Positions 19,229-29,084 of a stretch of 64,000 bases of DNA are shown piece after piece. Numbering within the stretch: the first letter of the stretch is position 1; the number at the start of each line of letters is the position of its first letter. Under the pieces are notes generated by a model, which was given only the letters and a program-made list of their open reading frames with translations, had not been told where the DNA came from and made no database searches. Both the position numbers and the translations under genes were made by a program. The DNA comes from a virus (lineage: Duplodnaviria; Heunggongvirae; Uroviricota; Caudoviricetes), in IMG/VR virus record IMGVR_UViG_2648501839_000008. The stretch is one strand, 5' to 3'.

Positions 19229-19919
19229 ACCGCGTAGCTCCAATAAATCCGCCAAAATGGATCACACCGTCGGCAAAATAATTCCGACGCGCATTACAGG
19301 CGTCATAACGTTTTGTGCAGTAATCCGCACCAGACATAGACGTCTGCTGGTTATTTTTGTCGAAATATGGACCGGTATATCCGCATTCTGGCCCTCGGTA
19401 TTTCCACGGGCAGGTGTTTTTAATGATCTGACGATACGGCAGTTGCACCCCCATCAAATCGAACACACTGGACAATTCAAACTCGACAACCTGATGAGTT
19501 TCGAGAGTTTTCTGTTCGATAAACCACATTTCATCAGGGAAATGTTGGTTTGGATCTGCTGTTGGGTTGCCGTCTTTAAAATTAACGGCATCGAGGAAGC
19601 GAGCCAGCGTCATCTTGCGAATAATGCGGCAGCCAACAAGATCGTCGTTCGCCTGAACTTCCGCAGAGACGGTTCCGGCAAAGTTCGATACCTGAATTTT
19701 TGGACGTGGCAACGTTCCCTGGCCCGTTTTGTCAAAGCCTGATGCTTTGATTGGCCACGGCTCGTATGTCACCCCTTGCCAGACGACCGGTTGCATCAGT
19801 TCGTTTGTTCCGGCGTGGAAGAATAGCTTCCCCCCTGAAGTTGTGTTCGACATATCCAGTACGAACAACTCAATGAGTGCAGAGGGAGATAAGCTCTGAA
19901 TATCAGCTTTAATTCCCAT
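19221..19919 (-). CDS. Minor tail protein L-like
   Basis: Shares with lambda gpL the ...ARFLDAVNF... and C-terminal Cys cluster (CPWKYRGPECGY...C...C); start at internal ATG with AAGGA RBS. Confidence 0.8.
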   Translation of the reverse strand: MGIKADIQSLSPSALIELFVLDMSNTTSGGKLFFHAGTNELMQPVVWQGVTYEPWPIKASGFDKTGQGTLPRPKIQVSNFAGTVSAEVQANDDLVGCRIIRKMTLARFLDAVNFKDGNPTADPNQHFPDEMWFIEQKTLETHQVVEFELSSVFDLMGVQLPYRQIIKNTCPWKYRGPECGYTGPYFDKNNQQTSMSGADYCTKRYDACNARRNYFADGVIHFGGFIGATRYG

Positions 19920-19981
19920 TGTTTCATCCTTGAAATAAGTAGGCGCTAACATCCTGTCAGCGCCACAATGATAGTAAATTA

Positions 19982-20004
19982 GTACTTACTTATCCAGATA
20001 CTTA
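19982..20004 (-). promoter_or_regulatory. Class-B palindromic site
   Basis: agtaaattagtacttacttatcc overlapping the M stop, upstream of L. Confidence 0.45.
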
Positions 20005-20337
20005 AGCCTCAAATACTTGTCTGAATGTAGCAGTTAAGACACAGTGCCCCTGATATCGCTTGACCGTATGACTGTCACATACAACTACAATCTGCTTGCC
20101 TCTTGGATTAACCCAATAGAACGATTCAACGCCTGATCGCTCAGTCAGGAAGTCATCGATTGCATTAATTTCGTTGTATGATCTGGTAAAGGTTAACGAC
20201 CATTCTTCTTTAATACGATTAAGACCTTGAGCCTGTCGCTGCTCGTAGTCATCACCAAAATTAAGTACCGTTACATTCGGTTTTACGCTTTTTTCAGATT
20301 CGTAATCTGGATACCAATTAAACGTTTGTCTTTCCAT
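20002..20337 (-). CDS. Minor tail protein M-like
   Basis: 111 aa with lambda gpM-like FGDDYEQR and FL.ERSGVESFYW motifs. Confidence 0.75.
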   Translation of the reverse strand: MERQTFNWYPDYESEKSVKPNVTVLNFGDDYEQRQAQGLNRIKEEWSLTFTRSYNEINAIDDFLTERSGVESFYWVNPRGKQIVVVCDSHTVKRYQGHCVLTATFRQVFEA

Positions 20338-20379
20338 CTCACATCCTTGTGAGACTGCCCCGACCGGGGCAGTCGATAG

Positions 20380-23300
20380 TTAGTTACGTTGAGTGTTTGG
20401 GTTGAGTGATCCGCCAGGGCGTTTCTCTTGAGCGATAGTCTCAAGCGCGATTGCTTTCATCCGTTGAGCGGCATTGTTCCATATGCTTTCTGTATCGCCG
20501 GATTCAGTTGTGCTACCGTCACTATGGACGTTGATCTCAATTGATACCGGAGAAAGAACATTTCCTCCTCCACTCATACCATCGGTACTGAGCGTTACAG
20601 GGATTGTTCGACCATCAGGCAATGGAACATACGCCTCATTCATATCGCCTTCCCCAAACAACGCCAATTGAGGTGAGTTGGCGATACCGCCTTTCTGGTA
20701 TGCCCGGAGCGGGATCACGCCGTCTTTTCCAAATATGCCACCATTTGCAAACTTCGGAATTGCAGGAATACCATTCGTGCCATCGGCAGCAGAACTGGTC
20801 AGATTGTTGAAGCCGGAAGTTGAGCCAGAAGAACCGGACATCAATCCATCGAATCCACCACCAGCCCATACTGAAACCAAACCAGATGCAACTGTCGCGC
20901 CGAAATTCAACCACTTATTACCAGAGCCGGAAGCATTAGCTCCAAGCATTGCAAACGCGGCTGACAGAGCGCCGGTAACAGAGCTGAGATTCTGCATCGA
21001 GAAGATGGAGTCCTTCACTGCTTTTGTCTCAGCATCTTTGGCTTCGGTGCTATCAAATAGCCCCGATACCCAGCTACCAATCGCATTTGTTGCTGTGCCA
21101 ATTGCGCTGGTGGTCTGCTGTGTTGTTTGCCCCAATCCAGTTACCGAACTGGACGTCTCCTTCGTGGCTTCTCCTACCGACTTGTCGCCATTAACAGTGT
21201 TGCCCATTCGTACACCTTGATTGGCAACGGCAGAAGCAACCCCGGTCAGCAAATTGCCACTCTGTGAACTACCAGCTGCGGTGGTTCCCATCCCCAACAT
21301 GTTCATTAGAGGCAGCGTGATTTGCGACTTCACGACCATATTGGTGATATCTTTCAAAATGGACTGAGATAGGCTGGAGAAGCTCATCTTCCCGTTAATA
21401 ACGAAATCAGTCAGGACATCAGTTAAGCCACTAAACAAATCAGTCCAGGTGCTTTCAATCTGCTCTGCCAGGTTTTCGTATTCCAGTGCCAACTTCTGCG
21501 TCGCAGTCCCCGTCTCTTTAATAAGCGCGGTATTGCCAGCAGCAATAAGTTGATTGATTTTCTTTGTATAAAGCGCCACGACTTTAGGATCAGACGCCTT
21601 ATCACGAAGTTCTATCAACGCTTTGAGATTGCGGTTGTAGGTGTCTTCGAAATCAGCAACTTTCTCTTCACGAGACGGCGTATAGCCAGCACTAATAATG
21701 GAATCCGCCTCCGGTGCCCAAGTGGAGATCATCTGCTCAACATTGCGGCGATTAAACATCTCGCGATATTCAGGTGTCGCATTTTTGAGGTCTTCAAGAC
21801 GTTTTTTCGCCTTGTCGATCATCTCTTGAGTGATGAACTCGTTAGGAACCGCATTAGCCAAATCAGTTAGCGATTTCGTTGTATCGCGAAGAGACTGATC
21901 AAACGATACCGTAGCCTTAGAGCTTTCACCCATTTGCCCCATAAGCTGATCGGCTTTATCCAGAGCCTTCTGATATCCGGCCGCCAGTTTCTGTTGCGCT
22001 GCCTGTTCTTTCTTGGCCGCACGCTGCGAGGCATTAGCTGATCGTTGGGCTGCTTTCTCGGCGGCTGCGGCATCCTGTTCACGAGCTTTAGTCAGTGCGG
22101 CAATGGCTGCGGCACGCTCTTCATCGCTCATTTTCTCCAGAGAGCTGGCACTGGATGCTTTCTGCAAATTAAGCTGCGTCTTGAGTTGTTTAGGCCCAAT
22201 AATCGGCTTACCTTCGAAGTCCTTCATCGGAGTGCCATCAGGCAAAGTACGCTGATAAGTCGCAGAATCCATCTGGTTTCGCATATATTGCGCCAGCGCC
22301 TTCTGAGCAGCTTTATCAGTTGTACCTAACCCAAGAACCGTCCCCTGGTTTGACATTACGCCCTTACCAGTTTTGGCCGCGTTATCTCTCTCGAACTCTG
22401 CCTGTGTCAGTTCCTGAGCAACGGCTTCCAAATGCTCCTGATAACCACGAATACTGCCTTGCAGTTTCTGGATTTGCTCGGTATTGCCATCTTTTTTGGC
22501 TTTTTCAAGCTGATCATTAAGAGTCGCTATTTGCTTCTCGGTAGCATTCTTACGAGAAGAAAGTGAATCAACCAGTTTTTGCGCAGGCTCCAGATAGCTT
22601 TTGTTTACCGTTTCACGTAACGGTGCCAATAGCTTGTTCTTTTCGTCATCTGAAAGTGAACCGTCATCATTGATTTTCTGGATCTTATCCAGAGCCTCCT
22701 GCCGGGCTTTCACGAATGTTGCCGCGAAAATCTGGTTTTCCGCTCGAATTTTCTCAATCTGAGATTCGGCAGCCTCTTTAGCCAAACGCTTTGCTACAGC
22801 GCCGTCACCAAGAGCTATCGTGCCGGTTATCTTTTGATACTCTTCCTGATTTTTTTTCAGGCGTGCTTCGATGTCAGCCTTCGACTCTTTGTGAGTAATA
22901 ACACCGGCAGAGTTAGATACGTAATTAACACCCTCACCAGTTTTTAATGCTCGTTGATCAGCAAGAATCTGCTTTTCGAGCTTTTCTGCGCGGTCGGCCA
23001 TTTGTGCACGTTTGGCCGCTGTCATCGCTTCTGGTATTTTCCTAATCTCGTCAACGACCTTTGAAGTTTCGCTGCGGAGCATGGTCATGTACGTGATTAG
23101 GCCAGCAACAGCTACAGTGGCAACTGTAAATGCTGCCCCTATAGGGTTTGCTGCAATGAACGCCGTTAATCCTGCAAAAGCGCCTTTCAGCCCCGTAATC
23201 GCCCCACGGATGGCGAAAATGAGAGAGGGGATCGGAGCCAACCCCATACGTGCCGCACGATTGAATCGAGTTACTGCTGTAGCGCCGAGGTTAAATGGAG

Positions 23301-24948
23301 TCTGTATGGCGGTTGCCATCGTGGCGAAGGTACTAACCATCTGGCCGCCAGCACCAACTACGCCCATAATCCCTGCACGCATCAGTTTGAACGCAACCAT
23401 CGCGGCCACGACCTTACCGAGATTAATTACCAGCTCTTGGTTCTTTGCTAACCATTGAGCAAGCTGACGCAACCCATCGATTGCCGTCGTTAACCCCGAA
23501 CCTAAAGAATTAGCAAACGAAATCCCTTCGGCGCTATTCATGATTGAAGCCAGTTCTTTCATCCCCTTCGATAGAGAATCCAGATATCCGGCCTGACCAA
23601 CCCGATCAGCAAATAACGTGAATGACGTCTGAAGTTGCGCCAGCGCACCTGTGTAGGTTTGCATCATGTCTTTCGCTGCGTTCTCATTCTCCGCACGCAG
23701 ACCAACAAACATCAGAGACAACGCCTGTTTTGCCTCAACCGTACCGCTGGCAACGGCTTTAGTCAGTTCCCCCATAGTGATGCCTGCGGCGTCTGCCATT
23801 GCCTGCATCGCGTTAGGAACGGCTTCACCTAATTGCTGACGTAGCTCTTCCATTGACACGACGCCCTTACCGGACATCTGCTGAACGGCCACAGCCGCAC
23901 GTTTCAACAGCTCACTATCACCACCAAAACGAGCAACGGAGTCCACCAGCGCCTTCAGAGAGCCATCGGTTGGATCTAAGCCAGCAGAACGAAACTTCAC
24001 GAAGGAATCTGTTAACGCCTGCATCGCGAACGGCGCATTTTGAGCCATGTCTACGATGTACTTCATGTCATCGGCGGCAGCCTGGCCAGGGTTAGACTTC
24101 TCCTTATTCAACCCACGAAGCATCACCCGCATACGTTCCATTTCGGCCGCAGCTTCAACAATAGGCTTCTGCCATCCAAACATGATGTCAGTAACCGTTC
24201 TGGCTGCATCTCCGATCTCGCCAAGCAGGAAAATGTTGCCACGAAGGCCAGAGAACATACCTCCTTCGTTACTTTTACCGCTATGGCCAGAGCCGCTACG
24301 CCGCCCGCTGCCACCATCGCCACTGCCAGATGTACGAACGCGTACCGGCTTGCTAATCAGTTGCTGACGTCCGATAACTTCGTCCATCTGCTCACGAACC
24401 TTTTTCAGTCCCTCGGCAGCCTGGCTCGTTGTGACACCCCAATTACTGAGTCGCTTCGTCGTGGTATTAAGGCGCGTATTCATGCCACTCACGGACGCAG
24501 AGGCCTCTTTGACCTCCGTACCAAAGCGGCTTGCGCTTTTGCTTGCATAGGTCGACCAATCAGAGAAATCATTTAGCTCTGATTGCACTTTACGTAATGA
24601 CGCGGTGAGTTTATCTACTGAAGAAGTTGTCGTATCGACGCGCTCAATCAGGGCTTTAAGACCAGAATTGAGGCTGGTGATGTTACCACGCATTTTACGC
24701 GTAGCATCTGAAGCAAGCTCAAAACCGGCAGCTACATCCTGTAGTTTATCTGCCGTAGAATCGAGCTTGCTTTCCAGAACGCGAATGATACGGGCGACCG
24801 AACCCAAAGAGCGTTCAAAGGTTTGGATTTTTTGAGCAGGCTTTGTTACCTGCTCACCAAATCGAGTAAGCAGTTTCCCCGCACGATCGATTGACGCTGT
24901 AAACTGTTTGTCTTCCAGCGACAGGATAAACTCTACGTTTTGTGACAT
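20380..24948 (-). CDS. Tail tape measure protein (~1520 aa)
   Basis: Very long helical protein between GT and M with a Gly-rich C-terminal segment; probable ATG at 24948, 8 nt after the T stop. Confidence 0.8.
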   Translation of the reverse strand: MSQNVEFILSLEDKQFTASIDRAGKLLTRFGEQVTKPAQKIQTFERSLGSVARIIRVLESKLDSTADKLQDVAAGFELASDATRKMRGNITSLNSGLKALIERVDTTTSSVDKLTASLRKVQSELNDFSDWSTYASKSASRFGTEVKEASASVSGMNTRLNTTTKRLSNWGVTTSQAAEGLKKVREQMDEVIGRQQLISKPVRVRTSGSGDGGSGRRSGSGHSGKSNEGGMFSGLRGNIFLLGEIGDAARTVTDIMFGWQKPIVEAAAEMERMRVMLRGLNKEKSNPGQAAADDMKYIVDMAQNAPFAMQALTDSFVKFRSAGLDPTDGSLKALVDSVARFGGDSELLKRAAVAVQQMSGKGVVSMEELRQQLGEAVPNAMQAMADAAGITMGELTKAVASGTVEAKQALSLMFVGLRAENENAAKDMMQTYTGALAQLQTSFTLFADRVGQAGYLDSLSKGMKELASIMNSAEGISFANSLGSGLTTAIDGLRQLAQWLAKNQELVINLGKVVAAMVAFKLMRAGIMGVVGAGGQMVSTFATMATAIQTPFNLGATAVTRFNRAARMGLAPIPSLIFAIRGAITGLKGAFAGLTAFIAANPIGAAFTVATVAVAGLITYMTMLRSETSKVVDEIRKIPEAMTAAKRAQMADRAEKLEKQILADQRALKTGEGVNYVSNSAGVITHKESKADIEARLKKNQEEYQKITGTIALGDGAVAKRLAKEAAESQIEKIRAENQIFAATFVKARQEALDKIQKINDDGSLSDDEKNKLLAPLRETVNKSYLEPAQKLVDSLSSRKNATEKQIATLNDQLEKAKKDGNTEQIQKLQGSIRGYQEHLEAVAQELTQAEFERDNAAKTGKGVMSNQGTVLGLGTTDKAAQKALAQYMRNQMDSATYQRTLPDGTPMKDFEGKPIIGPKQLKTQLNLQKASSASSLEKMSDEERAAAIAALTKAREQDAAAAEKAAQRSANASQRAAKKEQAAQQKLAAGYQKALDKADQLMGQMGESSKATVSFDQSLRDTTKSLTDLANAVPNEFITQEMIDKAKKRLEDLKNATPEYREMFNRRNVEQMISTWAPEADSIISAGYTPSREEKVADFEDTYNRNLKALIELRDKASDPKVVALYTKKINQLIAAGNTALIKETGTATQKLALEYENLAEQIESTWTDLFSGLTDVLTDFVINGKMSFSSLSQSILKDITNMVVKSQITLPLMNMLGMGTTAAGSSQSGNLLTGVASAVANQGVRMGNTVNGDKSVGEATKETSSSVTGLGQTTQQTTSAIGTATNAIGSWVSGLFDSTEAKDAETKAVKDSIFSMQNLSSVTGALSAAFAMLGANASGSGNKWLNFGATVASGLVSVWAGGGFDGLMSGSSGSTSGFNNLTSSAADGTNGIPAIPKFANGGIFGKDGVIPLRAYQKGGIANSPQLALFGEGDMNEAYVPLPDGRTIPVTLSTDGMSGGGNVLSPVSIEINVHSDGSTTESGDTESIWNNAAQRMKAIALETIAQEKRPGGSLNPNTQRN

Positions 24949-24955
24949 TCCCTTG

Positions 24956-25225
24956 TCATCCTCTGCCAAATATTTGCATCAGTTGCTCTTTGGCGTCAGG
25001 GTCTGCCTTATCCTGGCTTGGATCGTAGACTTTATCTGTTACGACTGGTCTTCCAATCCTGAGTTGCAAACCCTCCATGAACGCCTTCACAGCCTCGCCA
25101 TCCGCCTGGGACGCACGAGCGACTTGTAAGTTGCGGACATCCTCTTCCGCACGCAGACGGTCTATATTGCGACTGAGCATCCAGAACATCGTGAGAGGAA
25201 CGTTCAGTAGCTCTAATGGCGACAC
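24956..25225 (-). CDS. Tail assembly chaperone T segment (probable G-T -1 frameshift product)
   Basis: The T frame stays open across the 3' end of G and is -1 relative to G. Confidence 0.5.
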   Translation of the reverse strand: MSPLELLNVPLTMFWMLSRNIDRLRAEEDVRNLQVARASQADGEAVKAFMEGLQLRIGRPVVTDKVYDPSQDKADPDAKEQLMQIFGRG

Positions 25226-25305
25226 GGCGTAGTGAGCAACTACACGACTGAAATAGAATCCGAGATCTATTGAGACGGTCCTTGTCCCGGATTCATCACG
25301 GGAAA

Positions 25306-25623
25306 TTACTTTGCCCCTTCGCCAGCCGCTTTTTCGTTTTCTTCATCAATCACTTCCATAGCGAAGGTGAAGATCTGCTGGAGTTGCGGAACAGTCAGTT
25401 TTTCAAGAACTTCATCAGGCACTGAAGGGATAACCTTACGAACCAGATCTGCATAAGCTGTCACTTGCTCAACAGGAGACATGTTCATGAGATCTTTGCC
25501 TTCCATCTGCTTGATGGAAACGAACAAACCTACCGTCATTTCAACGATGGGATATTCCTGACCGCCAAATTTGATGCTTTTCTTCGGAGGCAGAATGGAA
25601 TCGAGATCGAGTAATTTGGTCAT
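25306..25623 (-). CDS. Tail assembly chaperone G-like
   Basis: 105 aa acidic protein between the major tail protein and tape measure genes. Confidence 0.55.
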   Translation of the reverse strand: MTKLLDLDSILPPKKSIKFGGQEYPIVEMTVGLFVSIKQMEGKDLMNMSPVEQVTAYADLVRKVIPSVPDEVLEKLTVPQLQQIFTFAMEVIDEENEKAAGEGAK

Positions 25624-25678
25624 TGGTTAAAATCCTTTTAAAAGAGAGGCTCATCCTGAGCCTCTGCTTAATTACTGA

Positions 25679-26425
25679 TTAACCTGCGGAGTTAATCGTT
25701 ACTGACTTAGTAGCCTTCTTAGAACCGCTATTGCTGGTGAAGGAGATGTTTGCAGTACCCTGCGCCACACCGCGCACAAGACCCGTTTGATCTACCGTGG
25801 CCTTTTCCTGGTCTTCGGATTCCCAAACACCGGTTTTGTCTGCGGCATCAGCTGGAGTGATTTCGGCTGTCAGTTGCACAGTTTCTCCAGCTTTTACGGT
25901 TGGAGATTCCGGTGCGATCGACACAGTTTTTACCGGTTTAGGGCCGCTCATTCTTCCCAGAACGCCTTCGTCATCAGGGTATGCGCTGAACTGAACAGAG
26001 AACACACGAACATCATCAGACTGGTAGGTCATAGTGAAGTTGCCCGCGGTTGCCGCTTTCGGGATGGTCAACACATAGTCGGTGGTGTCCTGCGGAGTCA
26101 GAACCAGCTCCTTCGCCACATCAATCAGGTTAACGCCCTGTGCAGATGTGATCGTGACAGAGTTGTCATCTTCGCTCAGAGTAGAACCAGGCATCAGGTC
26201 AACCATGTTTTGGAGTACAGACTCAGCCAGAGGCGCGGTGATGGTAATGTTGCGCCCCTGAACTAATTCGGAAATTACGGTCTGCCCCAACTGATCGACG
26301 GTGACTTTCAGCGTTTCAGTGGCTACTTCAACCTGAACACCACCTTTGGTGTAACCCAAATCCACACCACCAAACGACACCTTACAGGCACCAAGTTTGA
26401 TGTTTTTTACATGGGTATTAGACAT
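25679..26425 (-). CDS. Major tail protein with C-terminal Ig-like (Big_2-type) domain
   Basis: Position; C-terminal ...TVKAGETVQLTAEITPADAADKTGVWESEDQEKATVDQTGLVRGV... Ig-like domain; probable ATG at 26425 with AAAGGAG RBS. Confidence 0.6.
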   Translation of the reverse strand: MSNTHVKNIKLGACKVSFGGVDLGYTKGGVQVEVATETLKVTVDQLGQTVISELVQGRNITITAPLAESVLQNMVDLMPGSTLSEDDNSVTITSAQGVNLIDVAKELVLTPQDTTDYVLTIPKAATAGNFTMTYQSDDVRVFSVQFSAYPDDEGVLGRMSGPKPVKTVSIAPESPTVKAGETVQLTAEITPADAADKTGVWESEDQEKATVDQTGLVRGVAQGTANISFTSNSGSKKATKSVTINSAG

Positions 26426-26473
26426 TGATGGAAAACTCCTTTTTCCGTTAATTCTACGCATTCATTGCGCTAA

Positions 26474-26493
26474 TAGTAAGTATATACTTACTA
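26474..26493 (-). promoter_or_regulatory. Class-B palindromic site
   Basis: tagtaagtatatacttacta upstream of the major tail protein gene. Confidence 0.45.
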
Positions 26494-26499
26494 ATTGAG

Positions 26500-26856
26500 T
26501 TAATTCAATAAATAGCCAGCAAATTCAACAGGAATGCCTGCTTCTATTAATGCCCCATCATTTTTGGGATAAATGATTGGCATCGCCATCGGTCGTACAA
26601 GTCGAAAATAAACACCACCAGATTCCGTTTCCTCTACTGGAAACATCTCAATGATTTTATTGGCTTTCTCAACCGTCGTAGTAATTGACGAACCACGCAC
26701 AATGATTGTGAATGATTCGAGATAAAAGCCCTGTAGCTCATGATCGATGCTGATACCGGTATTTGGGTTAATAAGCAGGACGCCAGATTTCACATTGGCA
26801 GGCAAGTAGTGACAGAAAATGTCAGTCCCGACCGTGCCAATCTTTGCCTTCTGCAT
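26500..26856 (-). CDS. Tail terminator candidate (gpU-position)
   Basis: Gene order only; start trimmed to an internal ATG to avoid overlap. Confidence 0.35.
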   Translation of the reverse strand: MQKAKIGTVGTDIFCHYLPANVKSGVLLINPNTGISIDHELQGFYLESFTIIVRGSSITTTVEKANKIIEMFPVEETESGGVYFRLVRPMAMPIIYPKNDGALIEAGIPVEFAGYLLN

Positions 26857-26884
26857 CAAACTTGCAAACGCTTCAATAAACACA

Positions 26885-27358
26885 TTAACCTCTCGTAAAT
26901 CCGGCTTTTCTGGCAGCCTCAAGAATCGCTTCTGAGAACTGCTTCTCGCTAATTTCCACCGCTCTTTCCAGAAAGTGTGGCCCAACACGGGGTTTAACAC
27001 CGGCAATTGGTGGGTTTGTCACGTTCTTCATTCGAGAAAGATAACCGAGTCGGTATTTACCCAGCTCCATGTACTTAGCATAGTCACCTACTTCTACGCC
27101 CGGATGCCCCTGACGTGGTTTTGCTCCAGACACAGAAAGCTCAATACGCAGCCCTGAATAACCTTCTTTAATCACCCTGGCAAAGATGGCTGTCTCCAGA
27201 GATCCGGTTTCCAGCGGGGCCATTGCACGGCTGAGACGCTCAACCAAACGCGCCAGCTTTTCCATGTCCCGAATAAGATATCGCTTAAATGCTTTCTGGC
27301 TGTTGTTGAGTCTATTCCCCGCACGTTTGAACTGATGCGCATCGTATTTCAGACCCAT
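26885..27358 (-). CDS. Tail completion / HK97 gp10-like candidate
   Basis: Gene order and size (157 aa). Confidence 0.4.
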   Translation of the reverse strand: MGLKYDAHQFKRAGNRLNNSQKAFKRYLIRDMEKLARLVERLSRAMAPLETGSLETAIFARVIKEGYSGLRIELSVSGAKPRQGHPGVEVGDYAKYMELGKYRLGYLSRMKNVTNPPIAGVKPRVGPHFLERAVEISEKQFSEAILEAARKAGFTRG

Positions 27359-27693
27359 ATATTCGCCCCTACTTCAAGATGCCCAGGTCTTCCTCGTAGC
27401 CCCCAGCGGCGATGAACACTGGACACCTTTAATTTTTGACCTTCAAGGATCAGTACATCATCAAGTTGTACAGCCGCTTCCAAAGGGACAACTAACACAG
27501 CATCAAACAGCTCCAGACTCGCCTTACCACGACTACCAGAGCTATCAGCACGAACTGACGATTTCTCATTACTCTGTTCGAACTTAACCACGCCGACATT
27601 CGTCTTCCTGACGAATTGTAATTGCGCCTCACCGTAAACGTTCTTTGCGCCAAAGCGGTAGATCGCAATTTCTGTTTGCCATGAAATATTCAT
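27349..27693 (-). CDS. Head-tail adaptor candidate
   Basis: Gene order; start trimmed to an internal ATG. Confidence 0.35.
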   Translation of the reverse strand: MNISWQTEIAIYRFGAKNVYGEAQLQFVRKTNVGVVKFEQSNEKSSVRADSSGSRGKASLELFDAVLVVPLEAAVQLDDVLILEGQKLKVSSVHRRWGLRGRPGHLEVGANIWV

Positions 27694-27772
27694 GCTCTCT
27701 CCCTGTTGTTGTCGGTCGCTCTCATTACTGGCCAAAAACCCTTTAGACCAAAAGTAAATAATGCGACTGGCG

Positions 27773-28606
27773 TTACGCACGGCGAACAATCATACGGTTG
27801 TTGATGTAACTGACCAGCAAGCGCCAGGTACTACGAGCCACATGCACGTTTGCAGCTTTACCGGTACGGTACATGTTGGTTGTTTCACCGATGGACTCTG
27901 ACAAAATGCCATCCTCTCGTGCTGCGGCTACATCATTGCCATTTGCGATCTCACACGCTTCGTTGACAACGGCAAGCATCAACGCTTCTTTGAAGTAGTC
28001 AGGGAACTCTTCAAACTTCTCCTGCGTCATCTTTTCCCAATCGACTAAATCATGCCGGTACGCTCCATCTGCTCCCCACGGAATGTCATACACATTCAGC
28101 ATATTTTGAGGGCGATCGTATCGGTCAAAGTCGATACGTAGAATTTTGCGGATTGAGAACGGTAAAGTTTTAATTCGTCTGGTAGCCTCAATGAGACGCT
28201 TGCGCATTAAGCCTTCACCATCCGACAGCAAAGTGTCCCCATTCAGCATATCGATCGCCTGCATTTGAGCATCAGCGACAGTTGCAAACGACTGTTCTGG
28301 TATCGACAGTTCAAAACTATTCAGCAGAACATACATTTGCCGCTCTTCATGCGTCAGACCCGATGCAACAGCCTTCACAATGACGTACCGCAGATCTCGC
28401 TCTTTCACAGAGAGCTGGTTATATTCAGCCGACACGACAACCGGAATCGACATTTGACCGCTGGTAATTTCTAGCGGCTCGCCATCAACGAGAATAGCCC
28501 CGGTGCTGTCCTTTACTGTGTAGGTGGCAGATTCGATATCCAGCACGTTGAAGGCAAATGAAAGAGAAACAGCTTCACCGCTACGATACGAGTCGATCTG
28601 CGCCAT
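27773..28606 (-). CDS. Hypothetical structural protein (277 aa)
   Basis: ORF track; lies within the head-tail joining block. Confidence 0.4.
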   Translation of the reverse strand: MAQIDSYRSGEAVSLSFAFNVLDIESATYTVKDSTGAILVDGEPLEITSGQMSIPVVVSAEYNQLSVKERDLRYVIVKAVASGLTHEERQMYVLLNSFELSIPEQSFATVADAQMQAIDMLNGDTLLSDGEGLMRKRLIEATRRIKTLPFSIRKILRIDFDRYDRPQNMLNVYDIPWGADGAYRHDLVDWEKMTQEKFEEFPDYFKEALMLAVVNEACEIANGNDVAAAREDGILSESIGETTNMYRTGKAANVHVARSTWRLLVSYINNRMIVRRA

Positions 28607-29040
28607 TACTCACCGCCTTGTGCTTTCAGGATGCCGTCAATCATTTCGACAATTCCTTTCGCTTTGACACCAACCTGATTACCAATAACTCGTAGACCGG
28701 CAATACCTTCGTTGTCTGCAATTGACTCCAGCTCTTCTCGTGTGAAAGTCTGGATCTGTTTGGCCGGTTCATCTGGTGTCCCACGTTTCATTGGCACAAT
28801 GTCAGGCGCTGCTGGCTCGGTAATCAGGTCTGCTGTCAATTCACCACGATCACTGTATGCGGCAGACGGAGAAACATTTTTGCCCTCTACTGTTGACGCT
28901 CGCATTGAAGCACAAATCCTCTGCTGATCGATAAAAGGCAACTCCGCTACGGATACCCCGTTCTCGAACTGAACGCCACACAGCATTCCCGAATAACCGG
29001 AAAATTGCGGTTCTAATAAAACAATTTTTGCTGGTTTCAT
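28606..29040 (-). CDS. Hypothetical structural protein (144 aa)
   Basis: ORF track; coupled to the downstream gene. Confidence 0.4.
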   Translation of the reverse strand: MKPAKIVLLEPQFSGYSGMLCGVQFENGVSVAELPFIDQQRICASMRASTVEGKNVSPSAAYSDRGELTADLITEPAAPDIVPMKRGTPDEPAKQIQTFTREELESIADNEGIAGLRVIGNQVGVKAKGIVEMIDGILKAQGGE

Positions 29041-29084
29041 AACGCTTTCTCTCCACTTGGGCGGCGAAAGCCGCCCAATATCGG

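Noticed and set aside
20474-24835. Multiple 60-180-aa ORFs within the tape measure and J genes
   Set aside because: Embedded in or antisense to long conserved structural genes; biased composition
3653-26461. N-terminal extensions in the ORF track (TTG/GTG starts at 3653, 17841, 19255, 24969; upstream Met at 19952 and 26461)
   Set aside because: Downstream ATG codons have better RBS spacing and avoid overlap with upstream genes, so starts were trimmed; exact starts remain uncertain
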